The notes beneath the pieces were generated by a model. It saw nothing but the letters and a program-made list of their open reading frames with translations, ran no database searches and was not told the DNA's origin. This document shows positions 47,750 through 59,085 of a stretch of DNA of 64,000 bases, in pieces. Made by a program: the position numbers and the translations under genes. Within the stretch, counting starts at the first letter, position 1, and the number at the start of each line of letters is the position of its first letter. Source of the DNA: Saprolegnia diclina VS20 (Eukaryota); the NCBI RefSeq assembly GCF_000281045.1, contig NW_008246097.1, forward strand, positions 287,440-351,439, read 5' to 3'.

Positions 47750-49054
47750 TCAGAAGAACATGTTGTCGACGTTCGGATCGCGGCCTCCAGGCATGCGGAG
47801 GTGGTCGGGGTCAGGTCTAAATTGGAGACATCAGTTTCCCAAGCCAAGAAGACGGAGCAGGTAGTTCTTATACCCTCCGAAAGGCTGGCGCGGCGCCCGA
47901 CCACCAGGGGGCTGGTTGGGGAATGGATGCATCGGACGAGGGCCCACAGGTCCATATGGATCGAAGCGAGCGCCAGGCACGGACCCTTGGAACGCCGGTG
48001 GCCCGCCAAAGAGCGGGTGGTTGGGCCCGACCAGCATGCCAGGGTCACGGTGCCCGCCCATGTCAAAGTCGGGCATGATGTCTCCACGACCAACGGACGG
48101 CACAACGGACGGCATCCGAGGGTACCCGGGCTCCTGAAGCAGCGACGAAGGGGCGGCCGGCGCCGGGCGGTGCATTTGCGGCACGTCGCCGAGGTCATCA
48201 TCCTACATCACAAGTGAGGAACGGAGGAGGTCCCAGGCAAGAATACCTTGGGCAAGAAGGAGTCGACAAAGCTCGTCCACTGCTGATGGAGGGCCGTCAC
48301 GTTTTGAACAATGTCGGCCGCGTTGGCGTTGGTTGCCGTGAGGTCCCGGATGTAGGTCGGGGCACTACGCGCAAAACGGGTTCGAGATGCGACCACCCAA
48401 GTTTCGCATTCAGCATACTTGAGCTCGATCGAAGACACCTTGTCATTCTCGTCCGTAATGTGCACTGCGAGCGTGTTGCCAATGTACAGCGCCTACATGT
48501 CGACGCCAATGTAAGACCAGGAATCACGGAGGATTGGACCTTGAGCACAAACTGCCGCGTCGAGCGGCGCAGCTTGAAGTGGTAGTTGAAGATGTAGATT
48601 CCTTCGGCAGCGTTCTTGTCCCAGTCGCTCGGCACGGGCAGAACGTCGGTGGTCGTTGTGCCTGGCATCGAAGACGCAAAACCTACAGAAAACGGTGCGT
48701 CACTCCATGCTGCCATGCCTGGCCGCAAGCTACCTGCGTCTTGCATGAGAAGGTGCACGACGAGCCCAAGCGCATCTTTCGCTTGCTTAACCACGAGGCC
48801 GTGGCTGCGAATGCGCACGACCCAAGGATCCTCTACGCACAGCGTCGTGTCGTCCACAAGCCATGCCATCGCGTACCCGTGGCTTCCTTGGCGAGGATGG
48901 CATCGAGCTCAACGAGGGCCTTGAGCATGTGCGTCTACAGATGCCATGAGCCGAGGCCTCCCACATGAAGACGCGCACGGACCTTGACGAGGCCGTCGCC
49001 CAAACGGTCGACGTGCTCCTGGAGCGCCTTGCGATCTTTCTGTGCTTGCTCCAT
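47750..49054 (-). CDS. PSMF1: Proteasome inhibitor PI31-like protein, multi-exon
   Basis: FP-domain-like DALGLVVHLLM..GF...P.DW and a Pro-rich tail with GMLVGPNHPLF, VPGARFDPYGP, PDPDHL and C-terminal DNMFF. Upstream exons from ATG 49054 are inferred. Confidence 0.87.
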
Positions 49055-49266
49055 CCTGCTCGAACGGCGAAATGCACCAGTGTGCAATAGAATACCTCTA
49101 TTTCAATTCAGTATACATTGGTTGCTATTCAAGATGTGGATTTTAAATAAAAATTGACCAATGGCATCACGCTGACCCGATCCCAGTCCCAGCCACAACG
49201 ACCCGAAAAGCACGCCAACACCGCAGGCAAGAAGTAAGAAGCTGTCTATTGATGGTGGTCCGGGCT

Positions 49267-50499
49267 CTAGTCTTGGACGGGCTTGCCTGTGCTGGCGTCC
49301 AAGGGGCGCCACCACGACGGCACGTACGGCAGCACGTGGTACGCTGCGTCTTTGGTCACAAAGTCGATCGGCTCCACAGTCAAGTGCTCCATGCGCATCA
49401 TGGCCACGGCAGCGTTGACGCCTAACCGCATGGAAGATGGTACATTGCCACGACAATGGCCAGCGTACCTGCGGCGACGGTCGTGATCTTGCCGACGCGT
49501 GCCTCCGTGTCAGCGCGCAGGATATGGCTGCCGACGTCGACACCGGACGGAATCGTCGCCGTCACCTGCGCCATCCACGAAGCGTCGTGCATGCCCTCCG
49601 TGAGCGAGAAGCCCGCGGGCGCCGCAGCAGGCAAGAAGAGCACGGGCACGAGGCGCTTGCGGATGCTACCCTTGTAGTGCGTCCGCGCCGTGAGCTCTTG
49701 ACCGACGTAGCACCCCTTGGTAAACGACACGCCGTGCAGCATGTCAAAATTTTGCTCGAGCGGAATCGCGTCAAAGTGCTCGGACCTAAAGGACCACTAC
49801 GATCGCGCCTCGAAGCATGTGACGGAACCTACCCTTCGCACGCGCCGAGGAGGATGCGACGGTCGCGGTACAGCGTGCTCGCGTCGTCGTCTTGCGCAAA
49901 GCCCTCGGGGAGCGCCACTAGACAAACTAGGATTAGCATCGCGAGCAAGGCGAGCATGGAGCCGTACATGACGTGGCGGCCGGAAGGATCGCCTTCAAAC
50001 CAAAGACGTCGCCACGCGGGTCGGTATACGCGAGCGCATCGTTGGATACGTCTTGGTTTACACTCTCCTTCCACTGCTGGACGCGCGCGAACTCGTCGTC
50101 CGTGGCCGTGAGCGACGGCAAGATGGCGTGCAGTGTAAAGTCGTCCTCAACCGCGTCAAACTTGACCTTGGAGCGAAGCTTGTACTTCTTGAGGTGCTTG
50201 AGCATGTCGTTCGAGACAGCTTCGTCGCACGCAATAAAGAAAGTGTCGTGCTACATCGTTGAGGTAAGCCCACGCCTCCCCATGCATCCTCGTACCGAGG
50301 TCTGCACAATCTCGGCGTCGCCAAGGAGCCGGCCCTTGTGGTTGAGGAAGCCGCCGTAGCGCGCGTCGCCACGCACCGCGAATGATTGCATGTCGTTGGA
50401 GAAGATACCTTGGAGGAACTTGACGACGTCCGCGCCCTCGACGCGGAGGAGCCGCTTCTGCGGGAGGCGCGCCATCGCGCTGCGCCAGACCTGTGCCAT
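49267..50499 (-). CDS. IBA57: IBA57/YgfZ-family Fe-S cluster assembly factor, multi-exon
   Basis: Shows [34 protein letters not shown] and the signature [18 protein letters not shown]. Confidence 0.92.
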
Positions 50500-51235
50500 T
50501 GCTCGTGCCTCGTGGAAATGAATCCCGCGGCTTCCGACGCAAATATGCCTTTTGGCAGGTTTTATACCTGTAAGAATGTATGTCGCAAATCTATTCGATG
50601 TCACAGGTCATAAGGCCACGTGGCAGCGTGAAACGCCATCGAGGCCACACCATCGAGCGTCGATACCAGGCACCAAGGGCATTGACACGCATGCTCCTGG
50701 GGGCAACTGGAGTTGATCTCGGCTGCAAGGACCAGACATGATCCTGCGGTAGGCTGGACAACTGAGACGCTCAACATGGCTGGACAGGGTGCGCAGCTCG
50801 CCGACGGCATCTGATGAGGTCCCCGTTGGGTGAGCCAATGCCTTGTCGATAGGGTATCGTTTTCGCCTGTGCGGACACGCATATTGGGTATGCTATCGGT
50901 AGATTTACGATTCTATCTGCTGGCTACACACCTCGCCTTAATACTAGGAGTACACCTCATTGCAGCATATATCCCTCAGTTGCATCCTGCCAACATGTAC
51001 CGGTAAGCGGACTCTAGACCGGCATGCACAGCTAAGTGTCGCCACCAAGAGAACATATTACATCGGCGACGACCATGCGTGGCACGCTGGACGGTAGCAT
51101 GCGCCCGTCCGTGCCCATGTCCTGTCCATGGAGCGTGCTACTGTCAACGAAGCTCGTGCAAGAAGTGTGGTGTCGAGTCAATAATCTAACTTAGGTGTTT
51201 ATCTACTACACTAAACTAACTACAGGACCGTGAAT

Positions 51236-52240
51236 TCATCGCCGGTACACAATATGAGCGTTGGCACTCGGCGGGTTCATGCTGCTCTCGTACGACGCGA
51301 TGGTATGTTCGTGGCGCGCAATCGTGTCTTGAAGCGACCGGATCGTCCATTTCGTCTCGCGGAGCTCTTCGCTCATGATCTGGACGACGCTCGTGAGATG
51401 CCGGACGTTTACGCAGAGCATTTGCAGCGTCTCTTCCTTGCAGAACGGATCCACGGGCGGCAAGACGACCGGCGCTGGCGGCGCGCCGTGCACCGGGTGG
51501 TGCATGCTGTGGTGCGCGTACGTTGGCGGCGCGCTGTGCGCGTGCGGATGGTGGTGCGGGTGGATCGCATGGCCCGTCGGCGGCGCCGGCGGGTCAATCA
51601 TGGTCATGTTCTGGCCATGGCGCTTGCGCTGGATCGAGTGAAAGAGCTCCGGGCGGCCACGAACAAACTTGGGGTGGCGGAACTGGTGGTAGATCATCTG
51701 GTCGCCGTTAAAGTGCGGCTTGCCGCGGCTCTTGAGGCGGCGAAAGCCGTAAAAGTTGAGCTGGCGCACAAAAGACGAGAACTTGCTGTGCTTAAAGTAC
51801 ATCGGGATGACTTCGGACGCAAACTTGTCGGCGTTGTAGACGACAAACGAGAGCCCATCGGGCGCCCACGACGCGACGCTCGGCGTGCACTGCTCGAGCA
51901 TCATGTACGTCTTCTCGAGGAACGGAACGGTCTTGGACATCATGCGTTCCTTGTCCTCGCCGTCGGCCTCGATCGGGTTCTTGCTGTGGCCTGGCGTCTC
52001 AGTCGCCGTCGGTGTGTTGCTGGCGGCGACCGTGGGCTTGGCGCGCTGCGGGCTGTCGTACTCGTCGTCGTCCGACGCCTGGCCTTGGTCTTCGTCGTCC
52101 GAGCTTGCTTCGACCCACTTGTCTTCGGTGGGTTGGCGGTACGGCATCACGCGCGGCTTCTCAGGCAGCAGCATTGGCGGCGCAAGGCGCGGCGCATGGG
52201 GCGGCGACGGCGTGCTCTCGCTCAGAAGGTGGCGGTCCAT
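51236..52240 (-). CDS. HSF-type DNA-binding transcription factor
   Basis: PFLEKTYMML...SW..DG.SFVV...F...VIP.YFKHSKFSSFVRQLNFYGFRR...F.HPKFVRG, followed by a His/Pro linker and a coiled coil. Confidence 0.93.
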   Translation of the reverse strand: MDRHLLSESTPSPPHAPRLAPPMLLPEKPRVMPYRQPTEDKWVEASSDDEDQGQASDDDEYDSPQRAKPTVAASNTPTATETPGHSKNPIEADGEDKERMMSKTVPFLEKTYMMLEQCTPSVASWAPDGLSFVVYNADKFASEVIPMYFKHSKFSSFVRQLNFYGFRRLKSRGKPHFNGDQMIYHQFRHPKFVRGRPELFHSIQRKRHGQNMTMIDPPAPPTGHAIHPHHHPHAHSAPPTYAHHSMHHPVHGAPPAPVVLPPVDPFCKEETLQMLCVNVRHLTSVVQIMSEELRETKWTIRSLQDTIARHEHTIASYESSMNPPSANAHIVYRR

Positions 52241-53542
52241 GCTCTGGGATGTGGTCGGCCTCTGTCAAATTGGCGATTGACATTCGTTCTTCCAAAACGA
52301 AAATTCCTCCTGCAATTCCCCGAGATCCAGACCATCCAAATGGGTGTTTCGAAACACTGGCGTAACGCGTGTCTTTTTATTCGCCCCGTGATTGGCGGAA
52401 GAAGGCATGTCCCACGAGTGAAGCCAATCAAATGACGTTTTGGCAACGAGCCAGCGCCAAGTGAACCTTGAAGTTGCCAAGTTCATACCCAGCATCCACG
52501 GGCCAAATCACGGAGAGGTGGACAGTCATGCCGGCGCGACCAGCTGCAGCAGGTGCGCGACAGTGGGAGATAGCCGGCCGCTAGAACAAGGAATGTCTCC
52601 GTCGAGAAGCGTCAAGTACCGTAGGGTACATGGCGTGTATCCATTGGTCTGAAGCAACTTGCGACCTAGGAAGAAGTCTTCTAGCCCATGAGCGAAGGAA
52701 GGAGAAGAATGCTGTGGGGAGCACCGCCGTGCTGGGTACGCCACTCTACCTAGGTACATTCGAGATATCCAACGTGGGACGAGCACCCTTCGTTCCCAGT
52801 TGCCTTTCCAGATCAGCCGGCCTTGTTCTCAGGAAGATTCCCTCTATGTGAAAAATGGGAATTCGCACACGTCGTTACCGTTACGCAGGCGTTGTTCTCA
52901 GGTTTGCTCCAGCGGATTTGGGCGCCATAATCATCTCTGCCAGCCATAAATGGCTGGCAAGGAGCGCGCTCTTCTTGCGCATCTTCGCTTATGAAACTGC
53001 TTTTGGGATTTGCTTGGAGCGAGACGCGCACGACAGGGAGGGCGTGTGTGTGTCGCCCGTCAACGTGGGCATGCTTGCCGTGCCGATCCTTTCATCGACC
53101 ATGTGGTTGGATGATTGTGGAGGCGTAAGGAGCTGCGTAAAGACGCTGGTCGGGTCGATACGGCTGTAATCATCTTTGGATGGTTCTCATGGGCACAGGC
53201 ACCTGCCCAGTATGGATGGCATGCTCCATGTCTCTTGCGCCTTCAGCCAGCCTTCGTCTTATGGATTGATCATGCATGTTGCCCTCGCCACAAGCCTCCG
53301 CCGGCCAGCGCACGCCACACCACTCGCCTTCTCGAAGTGGCACTGCAACGTGCAACTCGTATTCGATATCCTACCGGCCCGCGCACTTGCTTCCTCGTCA
53401 GCGGTCGATGGCACTGGCGTCGTCTTGGCGGACTGGCGGACGATCACACGCAGGTGCGCGATTCCGCCGGCGTGAGCAACGTGATCCTGGATGCACTGCG
53501 GCTGGCGCACGACGCCCAATCAGCGGACTGAGCTTGCGCACA

Positions 53543-53603
53543 TGTCGCTCCGCGCTTGATCTTTTTAGAAACGTGTCGCTCCGCGCTTGATCTATTTGGA
53601 ACA
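53543..53603. repeat. Two-copy 31-bp tandem repeat
   Basis: tgtcgctccgcgcttgatct occurs at 53543 and 53574 with similar tails. Confidence 0.8.
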
Positions 53604-53888
53604 GGCCTGGCGTCACCATTTCCCACGCGGAAGAAAAGAGTTTTTCACCGCGACACGCACAACTTGTCTTCGCTGCGGAAGAAACCGCACCGTGCTGCTT
53701 GTAAGAGTGTCCTTCGTACCGACCACTGGGCGAAGGAGCGCCAGCCCACTAGATAGTTAGCCTACTAGTCACATCGCTCTGAGCTTGTCCATCGAGCGAC
53801 GATGTAGAGGAAAGGCCGTGTCTCAGTTTGCACTCGACACGCTCATGGGCTACCGGATGATGCATGGACGCGTGAAACCGCTGAGAGC

Positions 53889-55497
53889 ATGCAGACAGGC
53901 AAGCCACGGACTAGTACGACCTCCAACCAGCGATTGCTCCGCGTTGGCCGCGTCATCTCTGTACGCGTCGCACGTCCTGCGTGGTGGTAATCGTAGCGAT
54001 AGGACGTCCGTTCGCTTCAAGAAGATTCGCGGCTCGAGGAGGAGGATGCGTCGTCGGCGCGCTTGGTCACACAGTGGCAGGCGAACGACGCCAAAGTCAA
54101 AGTCCGTGCCTCGACCAGTGGATCGAACGCAAGAATGCTGTGGTGTAGGACGAGATGATTGAGACGCTCAGCGTTCGCATTGCACAGTGCACACGCAAGA
54201 ACGAACATCTCAAGCGGGCCAAGGTAAAAGTACTGTCAAGATACACCGACGAAGCGACCTCTGCGTTACTCTTGTAGACCTCGTTTGACGAGGCTCTGAA
54301 CGCCATGGCGCGCGAGAAGGCCGACGTCGAAGAAGCATTTGCCCGCGCCGTGGCGTCGGCAGCAGACGAAGCGGCGCGCCTGAAAAACGACCTCCACCGA
54401 AGTCAGTTGAGCGCCAACATGGTGCGCTGTCCATGCACTCGACATGCCTCCTGAGGCGTGTATTAGGCGCAGGATGCACTGCAGCAACTGAGGTGCGCAC
54501 GCGATGCAAACTGTATCGCCACAGTGTATGCAAGTAGAGTAGAGCTGCAGGAGCTCCAACGACACGCCGAGCGTGATGCAAGCCTCGCGGCTCAGAGAGA
54601 CGAGGTGGCGATGCAGCAACAGCGCGCGCTGCAGTGCCAACTCGCCGCAGCAACATCGCAGTGGGACTCGGAACGCTCGTCGCTCCTCGCGCAGCTGGAA
54701 GCGGTCCGGGCAGAGCTGAATGAGGTCGTGTGGTCGGTACCCCATGCTATCCCATTCTGATCTGCGTCTCGTAGTAGCTGCAAGCCAAGGCGGCAAGCCA
54801 AGCCAACGTGGACGAACAGCTCGAGTTGGCGCGAACGGCCAACCATCAGCTGCAACGCGTACGACGCGCGGCTCCTGCGACACTAACGTTGCATAGGATC
54901 TCATGGCGGCACGCGCCGACGAAGACAGTGCCCGCGAAGACTTACGTGCGATGAGCGAGAAGAAGCTTGCGCTAGACGCAAAAGTCCAAGCCCTTCTCAA
55001 GGTCACCAATCCTTTCGAGAGCCTTTCTCAAACGGCTATATAGATGGTCCGTGACGAGCATGCTCGGACGGCCGAGGTGTCGGCGACCGTGAAAGCGCAG
55101 GCCGATCGTGTGACGCACTTGGCATCGACGGAGGTGTCGCTTCAGAAAGAATGCGCCGAGTGGAAAGCCAAGTACAAGCAGACGAATGCGCACATCAACA
55201 AGCTCACAATCAAGTTGGCCCACGAAGAGAAAGCTAAAGTCGACGCCGTGGCTGCTCTGCAGGTCCTAATCTGCTCGCCACTCGACGCGAGGCCTTATGC
55301 TTTGCTGCCATTAGGAGACAAAGACGGCTTTCGAGGCTGCCGAGCGGCGCTGCGTCGACCACCTCTTTCAGCTAAAGCAAGCCCAAGAGCAGTGCAAATA
55401 CCTCGCCAGCGTCAAGACATCTGCTCCATCAAATCCCATGACCGATGCAGTCGCGAGCCACCCGGAGAGCGATGCACCGAGCTGGATGCGCGACTAA
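53889..55497 (+). CDS. Hypothetical multi-exon coiled-coil protein
   Basis: Successive GT-AG-bounded exons give E/Q/A/K-rich helical sequence (e.g. TSFDEALNAMAREKADVEEAF...), ending APSWMRD*; the start is uncertain. Confidence 0.6.
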
Positions 55498-55550
55498 GAT
55501 CTTGTATACGTGACATGTTGAACGAGCTGTTCTTAGTGTAGCCCTCGCGC

Positions 55551-55812
55551 CTATTGCTTTTGCGGCGGCGCGGCGGCCGCCGTGGCATCTTCGTGCTTGC
55601 CCGTGCGCCAACCGGGGCAACGGTCCGCGTCCGCGACGCCTACACGGCAATGAGTCGTTGGTCTTCGCATCATATCGTACCAGCGAGGGCGCTGTCAATG
55701 TGCTGGCCGCAGCCTTGCCTACGAATGGCATGAGCACATGCTGATCTGTAGCAGCAGTCGCGCATTACCACGTCGCCTTCTGGCACACTGCGCAGTTGAC
55801 CTTGAAGCACAT
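55551..55812 (-). CDS. 56-aa Cys/His-rich microprotein (introns 55719-55768, 55640-55680)
   Basis: Spliced product MCFKVNCAVCQKATWQGCGQHIDSALAGVADADRCPGWRTGKH...*; exon lengths sum to 171 nt. Confidence 0.8.
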
Positions 55813-56322
55813 CCTTGTCGGCTTGGTTTGGCTTTTGGAAATGACCACACAAAATGGAAGGTTTCCATCCGGATAACCAGCGGCCGGAGGTTGAAGTTGG
55901 CGGATTAGCGATCGACCATGATGCCTCATAGAGGTTGGTTACGGCGCCGTTGGCACTTGGGTCTCACTGGCCTAAGCGAGTGCTGTGCCACGAGGAGATT
56001 CGATGCCGGGACGGATGGTTCCGGACAACACTCCCACCAAACCTCGTTTCCAGCAAGCTGATGCCCCGAGTGGCTTGGCACGCTCGAAAGCAATCAGCTT
56101 CTGCATACAACAACTACTAGTACTGCTACTACGGTACTACCGACGCGAGGTTGATAGGGCGGTGGACGAGCACTGGTACGTCGTGCGAAAAAGGCCTTTC
56201 CTGCGAAAGACGCCACACGTGCAACGCTGAATGCCATCAAGAAACGACGTCGTTGCTTGCTTTGATCTGCCCGTGCTGTCTAATGCGGCTGCAGCAATTA
56301 GCGTACATGGTGCATCGATTGT

Positions 56323-57004
56323 CTATGCGCCAATGTCTTGGATGGGCAGCGACGCAACCCGGGCGATGCAGTCGGCGGCGATTTGCTGGATTGTCGCGTG
56401 GAGCTCTTCGATCGACTTGGTTGCGTCAAGGACGTGCCACTTTTCGGTGGCCATGATGCGGAAAAAGTTGTCGCGCACGCGGTCTTGGAACTCGCGCTTC
56501 TCGTAGCGCTCCTCGCCGTACGCAGATCGCTTGGCCGCGTCTTCGGTCGTAATGTCGAGGAAGATGACGACGTCGGGTTTGGGCAAGCCAGCTTCGGGTT
56601 GCATGCACCACTCGAGCGTCAAGCCCGGCTGGTTCTTGGCCGCAGTGAACGCAACACCACTGTAGGAATACCTAGTACCGCGCTGTAGCCCACCTCGGTA
56701 ACCGCATAGCGTACCGGTCCATGATCACATGCTGTCCTTGGGCGAGGTGGCCGCGCAGTCTATCGGCAGCCTCCCAGCGGTTGGCGCTAAAGAGCAAGTG
56801 GATCGCGCGGTCGTTCATCTCGCAGGCGTTCGAGAGGTACGCATTGATGGTCGAGCCGATCGGAGTCGTCCGATCAGGAAAGTTCTGGAGGGCGCCATGG
56901 AGATGCTCGGCAAGGAGCTTGGCCTGCGTCGACTTGCCGCAGCGGTCCACGCCCTCGAGCAGGATCAAGGCGCCACGCGGCGCAGGTGCTGCTGCTGCTT
57001 GCAT
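56323..57004 (-). CDS. DTYMK: Thymidylate (dTMP) kinase, one intron
   Basis: Shows RGALILLEGVDRCGKSTQ, FPDRTT.IG, HLLFSANRWE, MDRY, GLPKPD and YGEERYE. Confidence 0.95.
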
Positions 57005-57358
57005 CGATTTCAACCGCTCTTGTGCGGCATGATACCTCCAAGAACTAATATCTTCGGCGCTTGTCCATGCCACCATGCCCACCAAATGGCGCACTTGCTA
57101 ATATGTACCGACTTCGCTACAAAGCGTCTATCCTTTATATTAGCAAGCCTATCGACTATTTAACAAAAAACTAGGGTGTTGCTTGATGAGCTGATGAAGA
57201 TTGCAGTCGAGATCCGCGCTTCTGTTATCTGCTGCAGCATTGGCTGGAATAATACCCTGCCATAATGCATACCGTTTCTGATTGGCTCTTGTCGTAAACG
57301 TCGCTGTCGATTCGCTGAAATTGGATCACGATGTCGCTTTGGCATTTCCGCAAAAAGA

Positions 57359-57664
57359 ATGCCAGCGAAACCCGAGTGCCTGACGTGCAAGCCGGGCAAC
57401 CCGACCCACCATGCGTCGGCCGTCGCTGCCACGGGCTGCCAAGCCATCTACGAGAAGGTCGATGGTGGGTCCTTGTAGCAGTAGCTGGTGTAGGCTCATG
57501 CAAGCTGCGTAGCGTGCATGAAGCAGCACAAAGGCCGCGTCTCGGCGTGCGTCGAGGTTTGCTGCGACGTGCGCCTGCAGGCATTGACACAAATATGGTA
57601 GGAGTGGGAAGCCTTCCGCGCGTGCCACAAGAAAGACGGCGCGAGTCCCAAGACGACGATGTGA
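57359..57664 (+). CDS. Twin-Cx9C (CHCH) mitochondrial IMS protein, COA4-like, two introns
   Basis: Spliced product MPAKPECLTCKPG...TGCQAIYEKVDACMKQHKGRVSACVEEWEAFRACHKK...* has Cx9C-x10-Cx9C. Confidence 0.78.
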
Positions 57665-57693
57665 AATGCGACATAAATAGGAAGCGAGTAGGA

Positions 57694-58376
57694 CTAATAG
57701 AGGACGCCTCGAAGCACGCTAGCTATACGATCGATGGCTATGCAGACAAGCACGACGGCGGCAATGTCGACGCCGGGCACTACGTCAATCACATACTCGC
57801 TGAAGGGCGACGCTGCGCTGCCGTGGCTGCGAATGCGCGCGACGACGACCGGTGTTTCAAACGGGGACCGGGACATGCTCAGGATGGCGCTGCGTTCGCT
57901 CCATTCGCCGCTCACGTGAAACGACACCCTACGCAGCATGATGAGCAGTCTGTGCAACCTCCTAACGCAGCGCACCGGTCGCCGTCGATGGACTCGACGA
58001 CACTCGTGATGGTCGGGTGGTAGAGCGCGGGAAAGTCGACAAGAATGCGCATAATCTGGTGCTTGGCCAAGAAGCGCGACTCCAAGAAGACCTTGTGCAT
58101 GTTGATGTGCGAGTGTGTCTTCCTCGACATGTGGGCCACGACGGTCGGCGATGTCGCGTGGTCCATGAGCGCCGTCTTGCGACCGTCCCAGTGGAAGAGC
58201 GGCTCGCCGTCCACCGTGCAGAGGCTGCAGTCAATGTGCGTCATGTACAGTCGCTTGGGAATCACGATGGATGTCGGCTGCGTCCGGCAGTAGCGAATAT
58301 CAACGATCGGAATCGGGTCAAGGGGCTCGAGGCTAAACGCCATGAGCGGCGCGGGTGCGGGCGCGACGTTGCCCAT
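57694..58376 (-). CDS. LURP-one/Tubby-C-like (scramblase-fold) protein
   Basis: Shows YC.TQP..IVI.K, G.PLFH.DG, F.VSGEW.ERSA.L and the terminal Y.IDV.PGVDIAAVVLVCIAID; probably one intron. Confidence 0.75.
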
Positions 58377-59085
58377 TTACGTCACAGGCCTGGATTGGTT
58401 GTGGGAAGATCGCAAAGCGTTCTGAAGTCGTGTGCTGAAAAACCAGCTGGTTTCGGCTGCAGACAACTTTTTTCGCGCCAACAACTCTGATGCCCCACGT
58501 GTATTCGTCTGGACAACACATACTAGTAAAGGACAACTACAAAACAGCGATCCACCGATGTAGACGCGAGCCGGAGCAGCTGCAGCCGACGTTCTTGTGC
58601 CGCAGCGGTCGAGAAAAGGGTTCCTCGAAAATACAATATTTGTACTACATTGTACGAGTACTGGTACCGTAGAGCCAAGCAAGAAGGCTTGTCTGGCTGG
58701 TTGATGTCCATTCGGCATAAACGTGCAAGCGGCAGACGCTGGTTGGAGCGTTTGCGCCAGTCGGGCGTTCGAACGTGCTTTTCGCTGGCGCCGACGCGTT
58801 CAGAGGGTTAGCCTTGCCCGAGATTGGCCCGTGCGATAGTGCCACATACTATCGATAGTAGGTACTACATCCAGTGGTGTCTGTGTAACTTTAGCTGCCC
58901 GTGTCCTCGCTTCGACAGCTCTGCCATGCTGTACATAGAAAGCAATAGACAGCATATATTGCTTTTTATATTGCTTATTAAACAAGATGCCATTGGCTAA
59001 AATACAATACGATTTTAACCAATGGCATCGTGGTATTCTGGAGTGGGTTTGACTGGTTTCACAAGATACCGATTCCACGCGAAGC

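Noticed and set aside
52450..53500. Intergenic short ORFs upstream of HSF
   Set aside because: No codon bias, motifs or coherent exon structure.
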